Below are positions 19,702 to 29,429 of a stretch of 64,000 bases of DNA, in pieces. The notes beneath the pieces are model-generated. The model ran no database searches. It was not told where the DNA came from and saw only the letters and a program-made list of their open reading frames with translations. Origin of the DNA: Longimicrobiales bacterium (lineage in GTDB: Bacteria > Gemmatimonadota > Gemmatimonadetes > Longimicrobiales > Gaopeijiaceae). Both the position numbers and the translations under genes were made by a program. The stretch's first letter is position 1. The number at the start of each line of letters is the position of its first letter. The stretch covers positions 1-64,000 of the forward strand of contig CBDCNQ010000001.1 of NCBI GenBank assembly GCA_965219445.1. The letters run 5' to 3'.

Positions 19702-20364
19702 CTAGACCTCGTGATCCCGGATATACGGGATCAGGGCCAGAAAACGAGCCCGTTTGATCGCCCGCCCAAGCTGGCGCTGAAATCCTGCGGTGACTTTCGT
19801 CGTACGTTTGGGCAGAATCTTGCCCTGCTCCGTCATGAACTGTGAAAGCGTCGAGACGTCCTTGTAGTTCAACAGCTCGATGACCGGTCCCTCCATGCGA
19901 CGACGGCGTCCGCGGCCTCCGCTGAATTCAGGAGGACTGAAACGGCCATCGGCATCCTCCTCGTCGGCGTCTTCGCCGGGAGCATCATCGGGGCCGTCAC
20001 CCTCGCCATCGTCCCCATCGTCCTTGTCCACCCGCGAGGGGGGCTCTGCCCCAAGTAGGGAGTGTCCGGTTGTCGGCTCTCCCTCGTTGAGCACCATCAA
20101 GTATCGGAGAAGCTCCGGGTCGAGCCTGAGCACGCGCTCGAACTCCGGAAGGCCATCCACTTCGGCCCGGACCTGTGCGACGACATAATACCCGGTGTTC
20201 TGCTTCTTGACCGGATAAGCCATCTGCCGTGCACCCCAATGATCGACGGCAGCGACCTCACCGCTTTTCCCGAGCATCAGAGGGTGAAACTTTTCGAGCT
20301 TCTTGTTGACGCTGTCCTCATCGAGGTTCGCGTCGAAGATGTAGACGATCTCGTACAAACGCAT
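19702..20364 (-). CDS. rpsF-rpsR: Fused 30S ribosomal proteins S6 and S18 (rpsF-rpsR)
   Basis: N-terminal YEIVYIF..WGARQMAYPVKK..GYY (S6), acidic linker, C-terminal NYKDVSTLSQFMTEQGKILPKR..QRQLGRAIKRARFLALIPY (S18), all in one frame. Confidence 0.9.
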   Translation of the reverse strand: MRLYEIVYIFDANLDEDSVNKKLEKFHPLMLGKSGEVAAVDHWGARQMAYPVKKQNTGYYVVAQVRAEVDGLPEFERVLRLDPELLRYLMVLNEGEPTTGHSLLGAEPPSRVDKDDGDDGEGDGPDDAPGEDADEEDADGRFSPPEFSGGRGRRRRMEGPVIELLNYKDVSTLSQFMTEQGKILPKRTTKVTAGFQRQLGRAIKRARFLALIPYIRDHEV

Positions 20365-20369
20365 GCCGA

Positions 20370-20425
20370 TTCTCCCACGGTCCGCTTGAAGATACGGGCC
20401 CCGTCGATCTGACGGAGCGGGATGA
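20370..20425 (-). promoter_or_regulatory. Probable S6:S18 autoregulatory leader
   Basis: RNA: CCC, hairpin GCUCCGUC/GACGGGGC, then CCG, then the RBS GGGAG; this matches the described S6:S18 CCG-motif layout. Confidence 0.55.
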
Positions 20426-20501
20426 GCAATTAATATAGACGGTGACCCATTCTATGGTACCCCGGTTCTACGGTACCCCCGGTTCGCCGTTGGGCCGGGC
20501 C

Positions 20502-22619
20502 CTACCCGAACAGGCGGGAAATCCAACCGGCGAGAGTGGACACTTGACCCTCCACTTCGAGATCCCAGACCCGTACGAACCATGGTGCCAACACCAACGA
20601 AACCACGCTCATCAACTTGATCAAGATGTTCAGTGAGGGCCCGGACGTGTCCTTGAACGGGTCTCCCACGGTATCCCCGACGACGGCGGCCTTGTGGGGC
20701 TCGGAGCCCTTACCACCGTGCGCGCCTCCCTCGATCATCTTCTTGGCGTTGTCCCACGCGCCGCCCGCGTTTGCCATGAAGAGAGCCATGAGCACACCCG
20801 TCACCGTCGCCCCGGCGAGGAGGCCTCCTAGAGCCTCGACACCGAGCACGCGACCCACGACGACCGGTGCGAGAATGGCGGCTATGCCCGGAAGGATCAT
20901 CTCCCGGAGCGCGGCATCCGTCGAGATCGCAACACACCGGGCGGAGTCCGGCTGCTCCGTCCCGTCCATGATACCGGGCTTTTCACGGAACTGCCGCCGG
21001 ACCTCCTCGACCATTCCCTGCGCCGCCCGGCCGACGGCGGTCATCGTGAGTGCTGCGATGAAGAAGGGCAGCATCCCGCCGATGAACAATCCGATCACGA
21101 CCAACGGATTCACGAGGTCGATGCCGGTCTCGTCGAGTCCCACCTTACTGGAGTATGCCGAGAACAGGGCGAGGGCCGTGAGGGCTGCAGAGCCAATGGC
21201 GAATCCCTTGCCCTGCGCAGCAGTCGTATTTCCGATCGCGTCCAAGGAGTCCGTGATCGCCCTCGTTTCCGGTCCCAGGCCACTCATCTCACTGATTCCG
21301 CCGGCATTGTCCGCGATCGGACCATACGCATCGACCGACATGGTCACGCCGACGGTCGCCAGCATCCCGACCGCCGCTATGCCGATCCCATACAGGCCGG
21401 CCGATTGAAAGGAGGCGTAGATCGCAACACAAATGAGGAGCATGGGAACGACCGTAGACTCCATACCTACGGCCAGTCCGGTGATCAGATTCGTCGCCGC
21501 CCCCGTCTCGCTGGCTTCGGCGATCCTGCGGACCGGCCTCATCGCCGTGTAGTACTCGGTGACCAAGCCGATGGCGGTACCCACCAGAGTGCCCGTGAGA
21601 ATGGCGATCCACGGCCCCATGGCCGGGTACGTCCGCCCGTCTACGACCATGTTGAAGTCCATCGAACGCACGACGAAGAACATCGCCGCCAGGAAAAGAG
21701 CGGCGGCGATGAACGTGACGTTCCGTAGGGCGGCCGCCGGATCCGTGCGCTCGAGCATTTTCATCATGCCGATGCCGACGAGCGAAGCGAGAAGCCCAGT
21801 CATGACTGTCACAATGGGGAGCGCTATCGCGTTTCCGACACTTCCCGCGAGAGCCGACGAAGTGGCGGCGATCGCAATCGTAGCTATCACGGAGCCCACG
21901 TACGATTCGAAGATGTCGGCCCCCATTCCGGCTACGTCGCCAACGTTGTCGCCCACGTTGTCAGCGATAGTAGCGGGGTTCCGTGGATCGTCTTCCGGAA
22001 TACCGGCTTCAACCTTGCCCACGAGATCCGCTCCAACGTCGGCCGCCTTCGTGTAGATACCGCCCCCGACACGGGCGAAGAGCGCGATTGTGCTTGCGCC
22101 CATCGCAAAGCCCGAGACGATCTCGGCAAACCGTGAGTGCTCGGAGGCCCCGATGGCGGGGGCTCCGTACCACCAGTAGATCGCTCCGATTCCCACGAGG
22201 CCGAGCGAAGCCACCGAGAGTCCCATCACGGCTCCGCCAAAGAATGCGACCCGAAGTGCCTTACCCGCGCCGCCCTCGTTTGCCGCAGCCGAGGTTCGGA
22301 CATTCGCCCTGGTCGCTGACTTCATGCCGAAGAACCCGGCCATGACCGAGCAGAGAGCGCCGATGAGGTACGCCGTGGCGGTAGGAGGCGACACCGCCCA
22401 CGCCAACAGAGCGGCAACCACGGCCACGAAAACCGCCAACATCAAATACTCCCGGCGGAGAAATGCCATCGCGCCGTCATGGATCTGCTCGGCCAATGCA
22501 CCCATGGCCTCACTTCCAATGGGCTGGGTCTTTACGTAACGATAGGTAAGGCCGGCCAGTGCTAGACCCGTCAGGCCCGCAGCCCAAGCCCAGCTCGAAA
22601 TTGTCACGAAATCACTCAT
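20502..22619 (-). CDS. hppA: Membrane-bound pyrophosphatase, K+-dependent type (likely Na+-translocating)
   Basis: [36 protein letters not shown] has Ala at the K+-dependence determinant. Confidence 0.95.
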   Translation of the reverse strand: MSDFVTISSWAWAAGLTGLALAGLTYRYVKTQPIGSEAMGALAEQIHDGAMAFLRREYLMLAVFVAVVAALLAWAVSPPTATAYLIGALCSVMAGFFGMKSATRANVRTSAAANEGGAGKALRVAFFGGAVMGLSVASLGLVGIGAIYWWYGAPAIGASEHSRFAEIVSGFAMGASTIALFARVGGGIYTKAADVGADLVGKVEAGIPEDDPRNPATIADNVGDNVGDVAGMGADIFESYVGSVIATIAIAATSSALAGSVGNAIALPIVTVMTGLLASLVGIGMMKMLERTDPAAALRNVTFIAAALFLAAMFFVVRSMDFNMVVDGRTYPAMGPWIAILTGTLVGTAIGLVTEYYTAMRPVRRIAEASETGAATNLITGLAVGMESTVVPMLLICVAIYASFQSAGLYGIGIAAVGMLATVGVTMSVDAYGPIADNAGGISEMSGLGPETRAITDSLDAIGNTTAAQGKGFAIGSAALTALALFSAYSSKVGLDETGIDLVNPLVVIGLFIGGMLPFFIAALTMTAVGRAAQGMVEEVRRQFREKPGIMDGTEQPDSARCVAISTDAALREMILPGIAAILAPVVVGRVLGVEALGGLLAGATVTGVLMALFMANAGGAWDNAKKMIEGGAHGGKGSEPHKAAVVGDTVGDPFKDTSGPSLNILIKLMSVVSLVLAPWFVRVWDLEVEGQVSTLAGWISRLFG

Positions 22620-22673
22620 CAGGGTCCTCTTGCTGATTGCCGGTTGGCGGCGCCCACGCCGAGCTCAAGCGGC

Positions 22674-23249
22674 TCACCGATTGAATTGGCTCATCACTTC
22701 TTCGATACCGTCACTGATCCAGACTCCCACCGCCTGACTCAACTCGGGGAGAAGTCTGACGACCGTGGACTCGTCGGACTCACTCATCGGAGAGAGGACC
22801 CAGTCGGACAGGTCGGCTCCCTCCGGCGCCAATCCCACGCCCACCCGCAGACGGGCGTACGAGTCCGTACCCAGTGCACCTGAGACCGATCGCAGGCCCT
22901 TGTGTCCCCCGTCTCCTCCCGCGGGCCGGAACCGGAGCCGGCCCACATCCAGCGATGCATCATCAACCACGAGGAGAAGATCCGAGCCGGGATCACATTC
23001 ATCGAGTCCATCGATGCCGACGAGCGCGGCTCCGCTTCGGTTCATGAACGTGGTCGGCTTGACCAAGAGTACCGAAGCGTCCCCCACCCGTCCGCCCGTC
23101 CGCAGGCTTCGGCTTTCCTTTTCAAAGGGGCCGAACCCCCAGTCATACGCGAGCCGGTCTACGACCCACCAACCGACATTGTGGCGCGTATCGTCGTAGC
23201 GGGGCCCAGGGTTCCCGAGCCCGACCACCACTTTCACGTCCCGGTGCAC
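22674..23249 (-). CDS. pth: Peptidyl-tRNA hydrolase
   Basis: VGLGNPG, TRHNVG, KPTTFMNRSG, GGHKGL. Confidence 0.95.
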   Translation of the reverse strand: MHRDVKVVVGLGNPGPRYDDTRHNVGWWVVDRLAYDWGFGPFEKESRSLRTGGRVGDASVLLVKPTTFMNRSGAALVGIDGLDECDPGSDLLLVVDDASLDVGRLRFRPAGGDGGHKGLRSVSGALGTDSYARLRVGVGLAPEGADLSDWVLSPMSESDESTVVRLLPELSQAVGVWISDGIEEVMSQFNR

Positions 23250-23258
23250 CGGAAGCGA

Positions 23259-23945
23259 TCAGTCCTCCGATTCTTCTTCGGCTGCTGAATCTGCATCCTC
23301 CGCAACCTCGCCTTCGGCGGCTTCTTCGCCCTCGAGGACTTCCTCGCCTTCCTCGAGCTCCTCCTCTTCTTCCTCTTCTTCCTCCCTCGGTGCCGAGACG
23401 AGACAGATGGTCTGTCCCGGGTCCGTCAGAAGCTCGACTCCCTCCTCCGTCCGGATCTCGCTGGCATGGATCGAATCGCCGATTTCCAATGCCGAGATAT
23501 CTACCTCGATGATCTCGGGGATGTTGGAGGGAAGACACTTGACCCGGAACTCATGGAGAATCACCTCCAGGGTGCCGCCATCACGGACGCCGGCGGGGGT
23601 GCCGACGTAGTTGGCCGGAATATCCACTTCGAGCTCCACACCCCGTTCGATGCAATAAAAATCCACATGGACGATGTCAGGGCGATACGGGTGCATCTGG
23701 ATCTCCCGCACCAGGGTCTCCAACTCCTCTTTGTCGTCGTCGATCCGAACGTTGACGATCGTGTTCTCCACCGAAATGGAATGGAAGAGGTGGAGGGCCT
23801 CCCTCGAGTCGAGCGTGAGGGAGACCGTTTCTTGGTCCTTTCCGTAGAGGATCGCCGGAACTTGGCCCGCCGCACGCAGTCGTCTTGCCGCGCCCTTCCC
23901 AGTTTCGTACCGACGCCTTGCAGTCAATCCTGTTTTGCCTGTCAT
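23259..23945 (-). CDS. rplY: 50S ribosomal protein L25/Ctc with a Glu-rich tail
   Basis: GKGAARRLRAAGQVPAILYG, HVDFY, LEIGDSIH. Confidence 0.95.
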   Translation of the reverse strand: MTGKTGLTARRRYETGKGAARRLRAAGQVPAILYGKDQETVSLTLDSREALHLFHSISVENTIVNVRIDDDKEELETLVREIQMHPYRPDIVHVDFYCIERGVELEVDIPANYVGTPAGVRDGGTLEVILHEFRVKCLPSNIPEIIEVDISALEIGDSIHASEIRTEEGVELLTDPGQTICLVSAPREEEEEEEEELEEGEEVLEGEEAAEGEVAEDADSAAEEESED

Positions 23946-23983
23946 CTTCCTATTCCCACTCGGTTGTCGTGATCATGAGTCGG

Positions 23984-24961
23984 TCACCCACCCGAATCAG
24001 CCTCGGCCGCCATCTCGAAGAGCTGGCTCACCGACTTGTTTAGGTGAACACATTCGATCGCGGTTGCAAACAGGCTGGCAACCGACAGAATCTCGAGGCG
24101 ATCGAATCGCCTTTCCTCTGGAATGTGGATCGTATTCGTCACCACGAATTCCTCCAGTGGCGTCGCCACGAGCTTCTCGACGGCATTGCCGGAGAGGAGC
24201 GCGTGAGTTGCTCCTGCAAAGACCTTCGTCGCACCACGTTCTTTGAGAGCCACCACCGCGTTCGCGAGTGTACCCCCCGTGTCGACCATATCGTCGATGA
24301 GCAAGCACGCCCTTCCGTCCACATCGCCGACCACATTCGCGACCTCGGCCATGTTGGCTCCCGGGCGGCGCTTGTCGATGATCGCGAGTGCCGCGTCGAG
24401 CCGGTTGGCGAAGCCGCGCGCCATCTTTGCCGACCCGACGTCGGGCGCAACCACGACCAGATCGGACAGCTTCTTCTCTCGGAAATATCGGGTCAGAACG
24501 GGCGCCGCATACAGGTGGTCCACCGGGATATCGAAAAAGGCCTGGATCTGATGTTGGTGGAAGTCCATCCCGATCATCCGGTCGGCGCCGGCAGCCACCA
24601 TGAGATTCGCGGCCAATTTTGCACCGATCGCCACGCGCGGTTGGTCTTTCCGATCTTGGCGTCCATAGCCGAAGTACGGGACGACCGCCGTCACCCGAGC
24701 GGCCGAAGCCCGCTTCGCGGCGTCGATCAAGAGCAGCAACTCCATGATCGTGTCCGCCGGAGCGACGGTGGGCTGAATGATGAATACGTCTCGCCCACGT
24801 GCATTATGGTCGATGCGAACGAAGATTTCGCCGTCGGCGAAGTCACGGATCGTAGCCGACTCCGAGTTCTCCCTGAGGAGCTGTCCGATTTCGGCCGCCA
24901 AGGGGCGGTTGGCCCGCCCGGCAAGGAGGAGAAGCGGACCTCTGCGAAACGTGTCGTCCAT
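23984..24961 (-). CDS. prs: Ribose-phosphate pyrophosphokinase
   Basis: FADGE, YGRQDRK, VVAPDVG, IDDMVDTGGT. Confidence 0.97.
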   Translation of the reverse strand: MDDTFRRGPLLLLAGRANRPLAAEIGQLLRENSESATIRDFADGEIFVRIDHNARGRDVFIIQPTVAPADTIMELLLLIDAAKRASAARVTAVVPYFGYGRQDRKDQPRVAIGAKLAANLMVAAGADRMIGMDFHQHQIQAFFDIPVDHLYAAPVLTRYFREKKLSDLVVVAPDVGSAKMARGFANRLDAALAIIDKRRPGANMAEVANVVGDVDGRACLLIDDMVDTGGTLANAVVALKERGATKVFAGATHALLSGNAVEKLVATPLEEFVVTNTIHIPEERRFDRLEILSVASLFATAIECVHLNKSVSQLFEMAAEADSGG

Positions 24962-25077
24962 GGATCTCGAATGGGTGTGGCGCTAAACGGCAGCAGCCAA
25001 AAAAGCTAGACCGTGTCGGTGGGGGCGTCAACGCCGAAACCCCTTGTGTAAACAGCCTTCTCTCCGCTCTTAGTGCC

Positions 25078-26892
25078 CTAAGGAACGATCTCCACCAAGC
25101 GTGTTTGCACCAACTCCTCTCGACCCGGGACCGTGACCCCGAGCCGGAAAACATATTCTCCTGGATCCACCTCGGGGATCGTAACTTCGACCGATCGGAA
25201 CCAGGGACCGATGTCGGACGGCCCGGGTTCACTCCACACGAGCTGAAGCGGCTCTTCCCGGTCACCGAAGCCCAACCAACGGCCGACTCTTCCGAAGAAT
25301 CCCTCACCCTCCTTAGAGAAGCTCAGCTCGAAGGAGGCGTCCTCTGGTCTCCAGCCCAACCCAAAGACCTCCCATCCGACTACAAGTGGTTGATCCACTT
25401 CCAGCTGGGCAGAAGACCGCATCGACGGAAGAGCCGAAACAAGGGTTTGCGGAAGAGAATCCCCCGAGTGCAGGAGGATGAGATCCGAAAGGGTGGCAAG
25501 ATCGTCCGGGAGCGGCTCGGTCGTGATTCCGTGTCGAATGCGGCCGCCCAGCCCCTCCTCGGGGGCCCATGTCTCAACGCTCAGCAAATATCCGCCAGCC
25601 GGCACCGTGAGATGGAGGGCACCCGCGTGTGCGTTTCTGCTGGTCCCCCTGATCCGGCCTCCCTCATCCACGAGAAAGAGCCCGATCTGCTCAGGCCCCT
25701 CGAGTAACGCAGGTTGCGGCCAGGGAATGGGTCCCTCGGCGACAATCTCATCCCCGGTGGGAGGCCAGTTCGTAACCCCGTTCGGCACCGTTTCGGGCTT
25801 CACCGGCAACTCGGTGGAGGCGGCCACGACGATCGAATCTCCTCGGGGGAGGACAACGACCTGCGCGACGCCCGGCAGGAGGGTAGGAGCATATGCAGAT
25901 ACGTGGGCGCTCCGCGGACGCTTCTCTTCCGGAACCCAGGCGCCTGGCAGGGTTGCCCAAGGAACCTCGAGAACCCGCCCGGGGGGGGCGAATTCCTTCC
26001 CACGCGGCAGTTGATGTCCGATCACGCTTGGGGGGCCTCCCGCCGCGCCATACTCCGGGCGGATGCGCTCCCAACCGCGGTCCCAACCGTAACGGACGGC
26101 GATCTCCTCGAGATCATCTCCCCAACGCATTCCCCAGGCGTTTCTCGCACCCTCGCTCATCTTCGAAAACGTCCAGCGAGCGTAGTGCTCGGACTCGCGG
26201 TCGTTACCCGCAACCAAGTAGAGCGGATCGGCCAGAGTCCACATCCAGGCCCTCACGTCCTCCCATTCGGCCTCGTCAGCGGCATCTTCAAGAACATCCG
26301 AGCCCTTTCCGTCGAGTAACACCGAGGGGTCCCGCCACTTTCGCGCGTCTTCCGAATCCATGGTCTCAAGGCCGCGACGGAAGCGCTGCAAGGCCGTCTC
26401 GTACCGGCCCATCCCGTGGAGCGCGAAGCCCTCGAGGACGCTGCACCACGACGAGGCAGCACCACCGCAAGCCCGAGCCAAACGAACCGCGTCCTCCCAC
26501 CGGCCCGCCTCACCCAGGTACCGGATCCGCTGCCCGAGAATCCATTCGTCCGCGGGTATGTGCTCCGCGGTGGCGGCCATGGTGGTGAGCAGATTGTCCC
26601 GAGCCTCGACCAGTTCAGGGGGATCCGGGACAGGTTCCCAATCGTCCTCCCCTCCGTGCCAGAGGCAGAGACGTCCGATCCGCTCCTCGCAGGGGCGCCT
26701 TCCTCTATCCCACACGTAGGGCAGCAACCGGCGGCGGATCCGCTCGAAGCGCGCTTGAGCGCTTTCGGCTTGGCTGCGGATGTCGGACGAGTCGGCGGGG
26801 GATCGTGGCTCGGGTTGGCGCTGGAGAACCGCGGACATCAGAGGTACCGCGAGCGTCGACGGACCGGGAGTACCGCTGAGGCCAAGCGGCAT
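25078..26892 (-). CDS. Exported hypothetical protein with a GWxTD-like region
   Basis: WTLADPLYLVAGNDRESEHYAR..VRYGW resembles GWxTD domains; start uncertain but must lie downstream of the tRNA. Confidence 0.6.
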   Translation of the reverse strand: MPLGLSGTPGPSTLAVPLMSAVLQRQPEPRSPADSSDIRSQAESAQARFERIRRRLLPYVWDRGRRPCEERIGRLCLWHGGEDDWEPVPDPPELVEARDNLLTTMAATAEHIPADEWILGQRIRYLGEAGRWEDAVRLARACGGAASSWCSVLEGFALHGMGRYETALQRFRRGLETMDSEDARKWRDPSVLLDGKGSDVLEDAADEAEWEDVRAWMWTLADPLYLVAGNDRESEHYARWTFSKMSEGARNAWGMRWGDDLEEIAVRYGWDRGWERIRPEYGAAGGPPSVIGHQLPRGKEFAPPGRVLEVPWATLPGAWVPEEKRPRSAHVSAYAPTLLPGVAQVVVLPRGDSIVVAASTELPVKPETVPNGVTNWPPTGDEIVAEGPIPWPQPALLEGPEQIGLFLVDEGGRIRGTSRNAHAGALHLTVPAGGYLLSVETWAPEEGLGGRIRHGITTEPLPDDLATLSDLILLHSGDSLPQTLVSALPSMRSSAQLEVDQPLVVGWEVFGLGWRPEDASFELSFSKEGEGFFGRVGRWLGFGDREEPLQLVWSEPGPSDIGPWFRSVEVTIPEVDPGEYVFRLGVTVPGREELVQTRLVEIVP

Positions 26893-26943
26893 ACCACACG
26901 CACATACGACGGCGACGAGTGTGCTAACCCAACCTCCACAGAG

Positions 26944-27014
26944 TTGGCCCGGATGGATTCGAACCATCACCGCCGGTGCCAAAGACCGGTGTCCTGCCAT
27001 TAGACGACGGGCCA
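26944..27014 (-). tRNA. tRNA-Gln(UUG), CCA not encoded
   Basis: TGGCCCG acceptor stem, anticodon loop CT-TTG-GC, GGTTCGAATCC T arm; ispE-tRNAGln-prs synteny. Confidence 0.96.
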
Positions 27015-27120
27015 TAAGAGCGCTTCCATGCACTCGGTTCCTGTACTTCTTCAAGAGCCTTCTCGAGCGGGTCATCAATCCTACCCGAGGCTTTCACTCC
27101 GTTCAACCCAAGCCGTCTAG

Positions 27121-27190
27121 GAAGGCTGTTGAAGGAGTACAGTGGGCCGAGTTGGATGCCACGGTCCCAGGCCCTAGGCCCTAGGCGGAG
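27121..27190. mobile_element. Truncated copy of the MITE-like repeat (left end only)
   Basis: gaaggctgttgaaggagtacagtgggcc..gccacggtcccag..ctaggcggag matches the full copies. Confidence 0.8.
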
Positions 27191-28074
27191 CTAGGAACAG
27201 GCTCAGGCTGGGACGCCAATGTCTCGGTAACCACGAACCGCACGTCGGCCCACGACGCGGACAAAGACGCACTGGCCCCCTCCGCCGCTTCGCGATCGTT
27301 GAACAGGCCGAAGAGCGCCGCACCGCTTCCCGAGAGCCGAGCCGTGAGTGCGCCGGCCTCTTGGACGGCCTCCCTGAGTTTTCCAAGCTCCGGGTGGCGC
27401 TCGAACACGCTGGTCTCAAAGTCGTTCTCCGCCAGGGCCGCCAGGGCCTCCGGCTGGCCAAGCGCGTCGAGAGCCAGAGTCGTCGGTAGGCCGCGCTCTG
27501 GAACACTCACGTACTCGTAGGCCTCCGAGGTAGCGATATGGAGCGATGGGAGAGCGAGCAGCACGGTGAGGCGAGGCACGTCCAGCAGCGGTAGTAGACG
27601 CTCCCCCCTTCCCCATGCGAGCGCGGCGCCGGCACCCGAGGCGAAAAATGGCACGTCCGCCCCCAGTCGCCCCGCAATCTGGAGGAGTGCCGAGGCCGAA
27701 AAGGGCTCTCCCAGCAGCGTGTTGAGGGCCCTCAGCGTCCCTCCGGCATCGGAAGACCCTCCTCCGAGCCCAGCCCCGACGGGGATATTTTTTCTGAGGC
27801 GAACGTGCACACCCATAGTAAACTCTGCGGCGTCGAGCAGGGCGTCGGCGGCCCGATACGCCAAGTTTTCGTCTTCGGGGCCGGCCGAAGGCCCGACCAC
27901 CTCGACGGAGACGCCCCGCTCTGTGCGCCGAAGTACGAGCTCATCGCAGAAGTCGACGGCGCTGTAGAGGGTCTCGAGCTGGTGATATCCGGACGCCTCC
28001 TTCGCGAGGAGCCTCAGAAACAAGTTGATCTTGCCTGGTGCAGCGACTCGCACGGACGCAGCGTCAGTTCCCAC
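27181..28074 (-). CDS. ispE: 4-diphosphocytidyl-2-C-methyl-D-erythritol kinase
   Basis: APGKINLFL, IPVGAGLGGGSSDA, GADVPFF, LSGSG. Confidence 0.95.
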   Translation of the reverse strand: MGTDAASVRVAAPGKINLFLRLLAKEASGYHQLETLYSAVDFCDELVLRRTERGVSVEVVGPSAGPEDENLAYRAADALLDAAEFTMGVHVRLRKNIPVGAGLGGGSSDAGGTLRALNTLLGEPFSASALLQIAGRLGADVPFFASGAGAALAWGRGERLLPLLDVPRLTVLLALPSLHIATSEAYEYVSVPERGLPTTLALDALGQPEALAALAENDFETSVFERHPELGKLREAVQEAGALTARLSGSGAALFGLFNDREAAEGASASLSASWADVRFVVTETLASQPEPVPSSA

Positions 28075-29107
28075 TCTCTTCTTCGCTTCCGGGGAGGAGC
28101 CCACTCCCGTCCCTCCCGCGCAAATCCCTGACCGAGAATCCGATGCTCCATGCGTAATACAACCCGATGATCGTAATCGGGAAGAATCCTCCGAGATGGT
28201 ACCCGAAAGCAAACGCCAGCGCCGCCGGCTCGGCGACCCCGTAGACGCCGCTCAGGGCCAGATCGGCGCCCAGCTGGAAGGTGCCGAAGAAGCCGGGGGC
28301 GGCCGGGATGGCGACCGCGAAGCCTACCACCGCCTCCGTGAAGACGGCGGCGGCGAAGCCAAGGTCGATACCGAAGGCCTTGAAGCCGAGCCAGAACGAG
28401 AGTCCGTGCCAAAGCCAGAACGCGTAGCTCCACACCACGGCCTTGGTCAGCAATACGGGGTGCCGAAGCACTTTCAAAGCACGGAGGAAGGATTCGAGTG
28501 CCTCGACCATCAGCGGACCCCACCTACCCGGCAGGCGGACGAACACTCGCTCGGCGAAGCGCACGATGGGCTCTGGAAAAATCAGCAGCGCCACCAGACC
28601 CGCGAGAAATATCACCAGCAGACCAAACGTCCAGCGGAGTATGTCGCCGAACGCCCCGGCGAGAAGTCCTTCGGCGCCGGGAAAGGAGGGGAGTGCCATG
28701 GGCACCAAAAATACCGTCACCAATACGATCGAATCGAGGAATCGCTCCACCACCAAGCTTCCGACCGAACCCGACAGCGTGATCGGTTCAACACGAGTCA
28801 GTGCGAACGCCCGTGCCAGCTCACCCAGGCGTGCGGGGAAGACGTTGTTGATGGCGAACCCGATGCTGATCCCCGCGAACCTGGATCGAAGCGCAGTGTC
28901 CGGCTTGAGGGGATGGAGCAGCACCTTCCAACGCAGAGCCCGCACGAAATATCCCGCCGTACCGACAAACACTGAAGCCAGAAAATACCACGGGTTCGCC
29001 CGGGAGATTTGCGCAATGATCTCTGCCGGGTCCTCACCCCGGAGTACCCACCAAATGAAGAACGCGCTGACGCCGATGCCCAGGGCGAACTTCCAACCCA
29101 TCCTCAT
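28064..29107 (-). CDS. Lysylphosphatidylglycerol synthase TM-domain (flippase-like) protein
   Basis: RALRW, NNVFPARLGELAR, VERFLD, PAAPGFFG. Confidence 0.85.
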   Translation of the reverse strand: MRMGWKFALGIGVSAFFIWWVLRGEDPAEIIAQISRANPWYFLASVFVGTAGYFVRALRWKVLLHPLKPDTALRSRFAGISIGFAINNVFPARLGELARAFALTRVEPITLSGSVGSLVVERFLDSIVLVTVFLVPMALPSFPGAEGLLAGAFGDILRWTFGLLVIFLAGLVALLIFPEPIVRFAERVFVRLPGRWGPLMVEALESFLRALKVLRHPVLLTKAVVWSYAFWLWHGLSFWLGFKAFGIDLGFAAAVFTEAVVGFAVAIPAAPGFFGTFQLGADLALSGVYGVAEPAALAFAFGYHLGGFFPITIIGLYYAWSIGFSVRDLRGRDGSGLLPGSEEESGN

Positions 29108-29109
29108 TC

Positions 29110-29429
29110 GAAGGCTGCTGAAGGAGTACAGTGGGCCGCGTTGGGGCTGCCACGGTCCCAGCTCCTAGGCGGAGCGACGACGCCATAGCATTCGCTATGG
29201 CTAGGAGCTCCAACAACGGGGGCACCGCGCGAAGCGTGGTCGGGGCCGTGCCACCCCAACCCTTCAACTCGTAAGCTCATGCCCTTCATGTTCGTGGGCA
29301 CGGGGCGGTTGTGCGGTTGATCCTGCGTCTCTCCTCCTCGCCGTAGCGTTGCTACGCCTCGTCGTCGTTCCTTGTCTGAACGCGCACAAGCGCCCTGTGC
29401 GCGACCGCTGTACTCCTTCAGCAGCCTTC
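29110..29429. mobile_element. Full-length MITE/REPIN-like element, 320 bp
   Basis: Perfect 22-bp terminal inverted repeat gaaggctgctgaaggagtacag; near-identical to 61424-61743. Confidence 0.88.

Noticed and set aside
24955..27014. Integrated island at tRNA-Gln
   Set aside because: No integrase and no convincing duplication of the tRNA 3' end
26893..27078. 5' extension of the 666-aa ORF
   Set aside because: It runs through tRNA-Gln, so it is an artefact of longest-ORF calling
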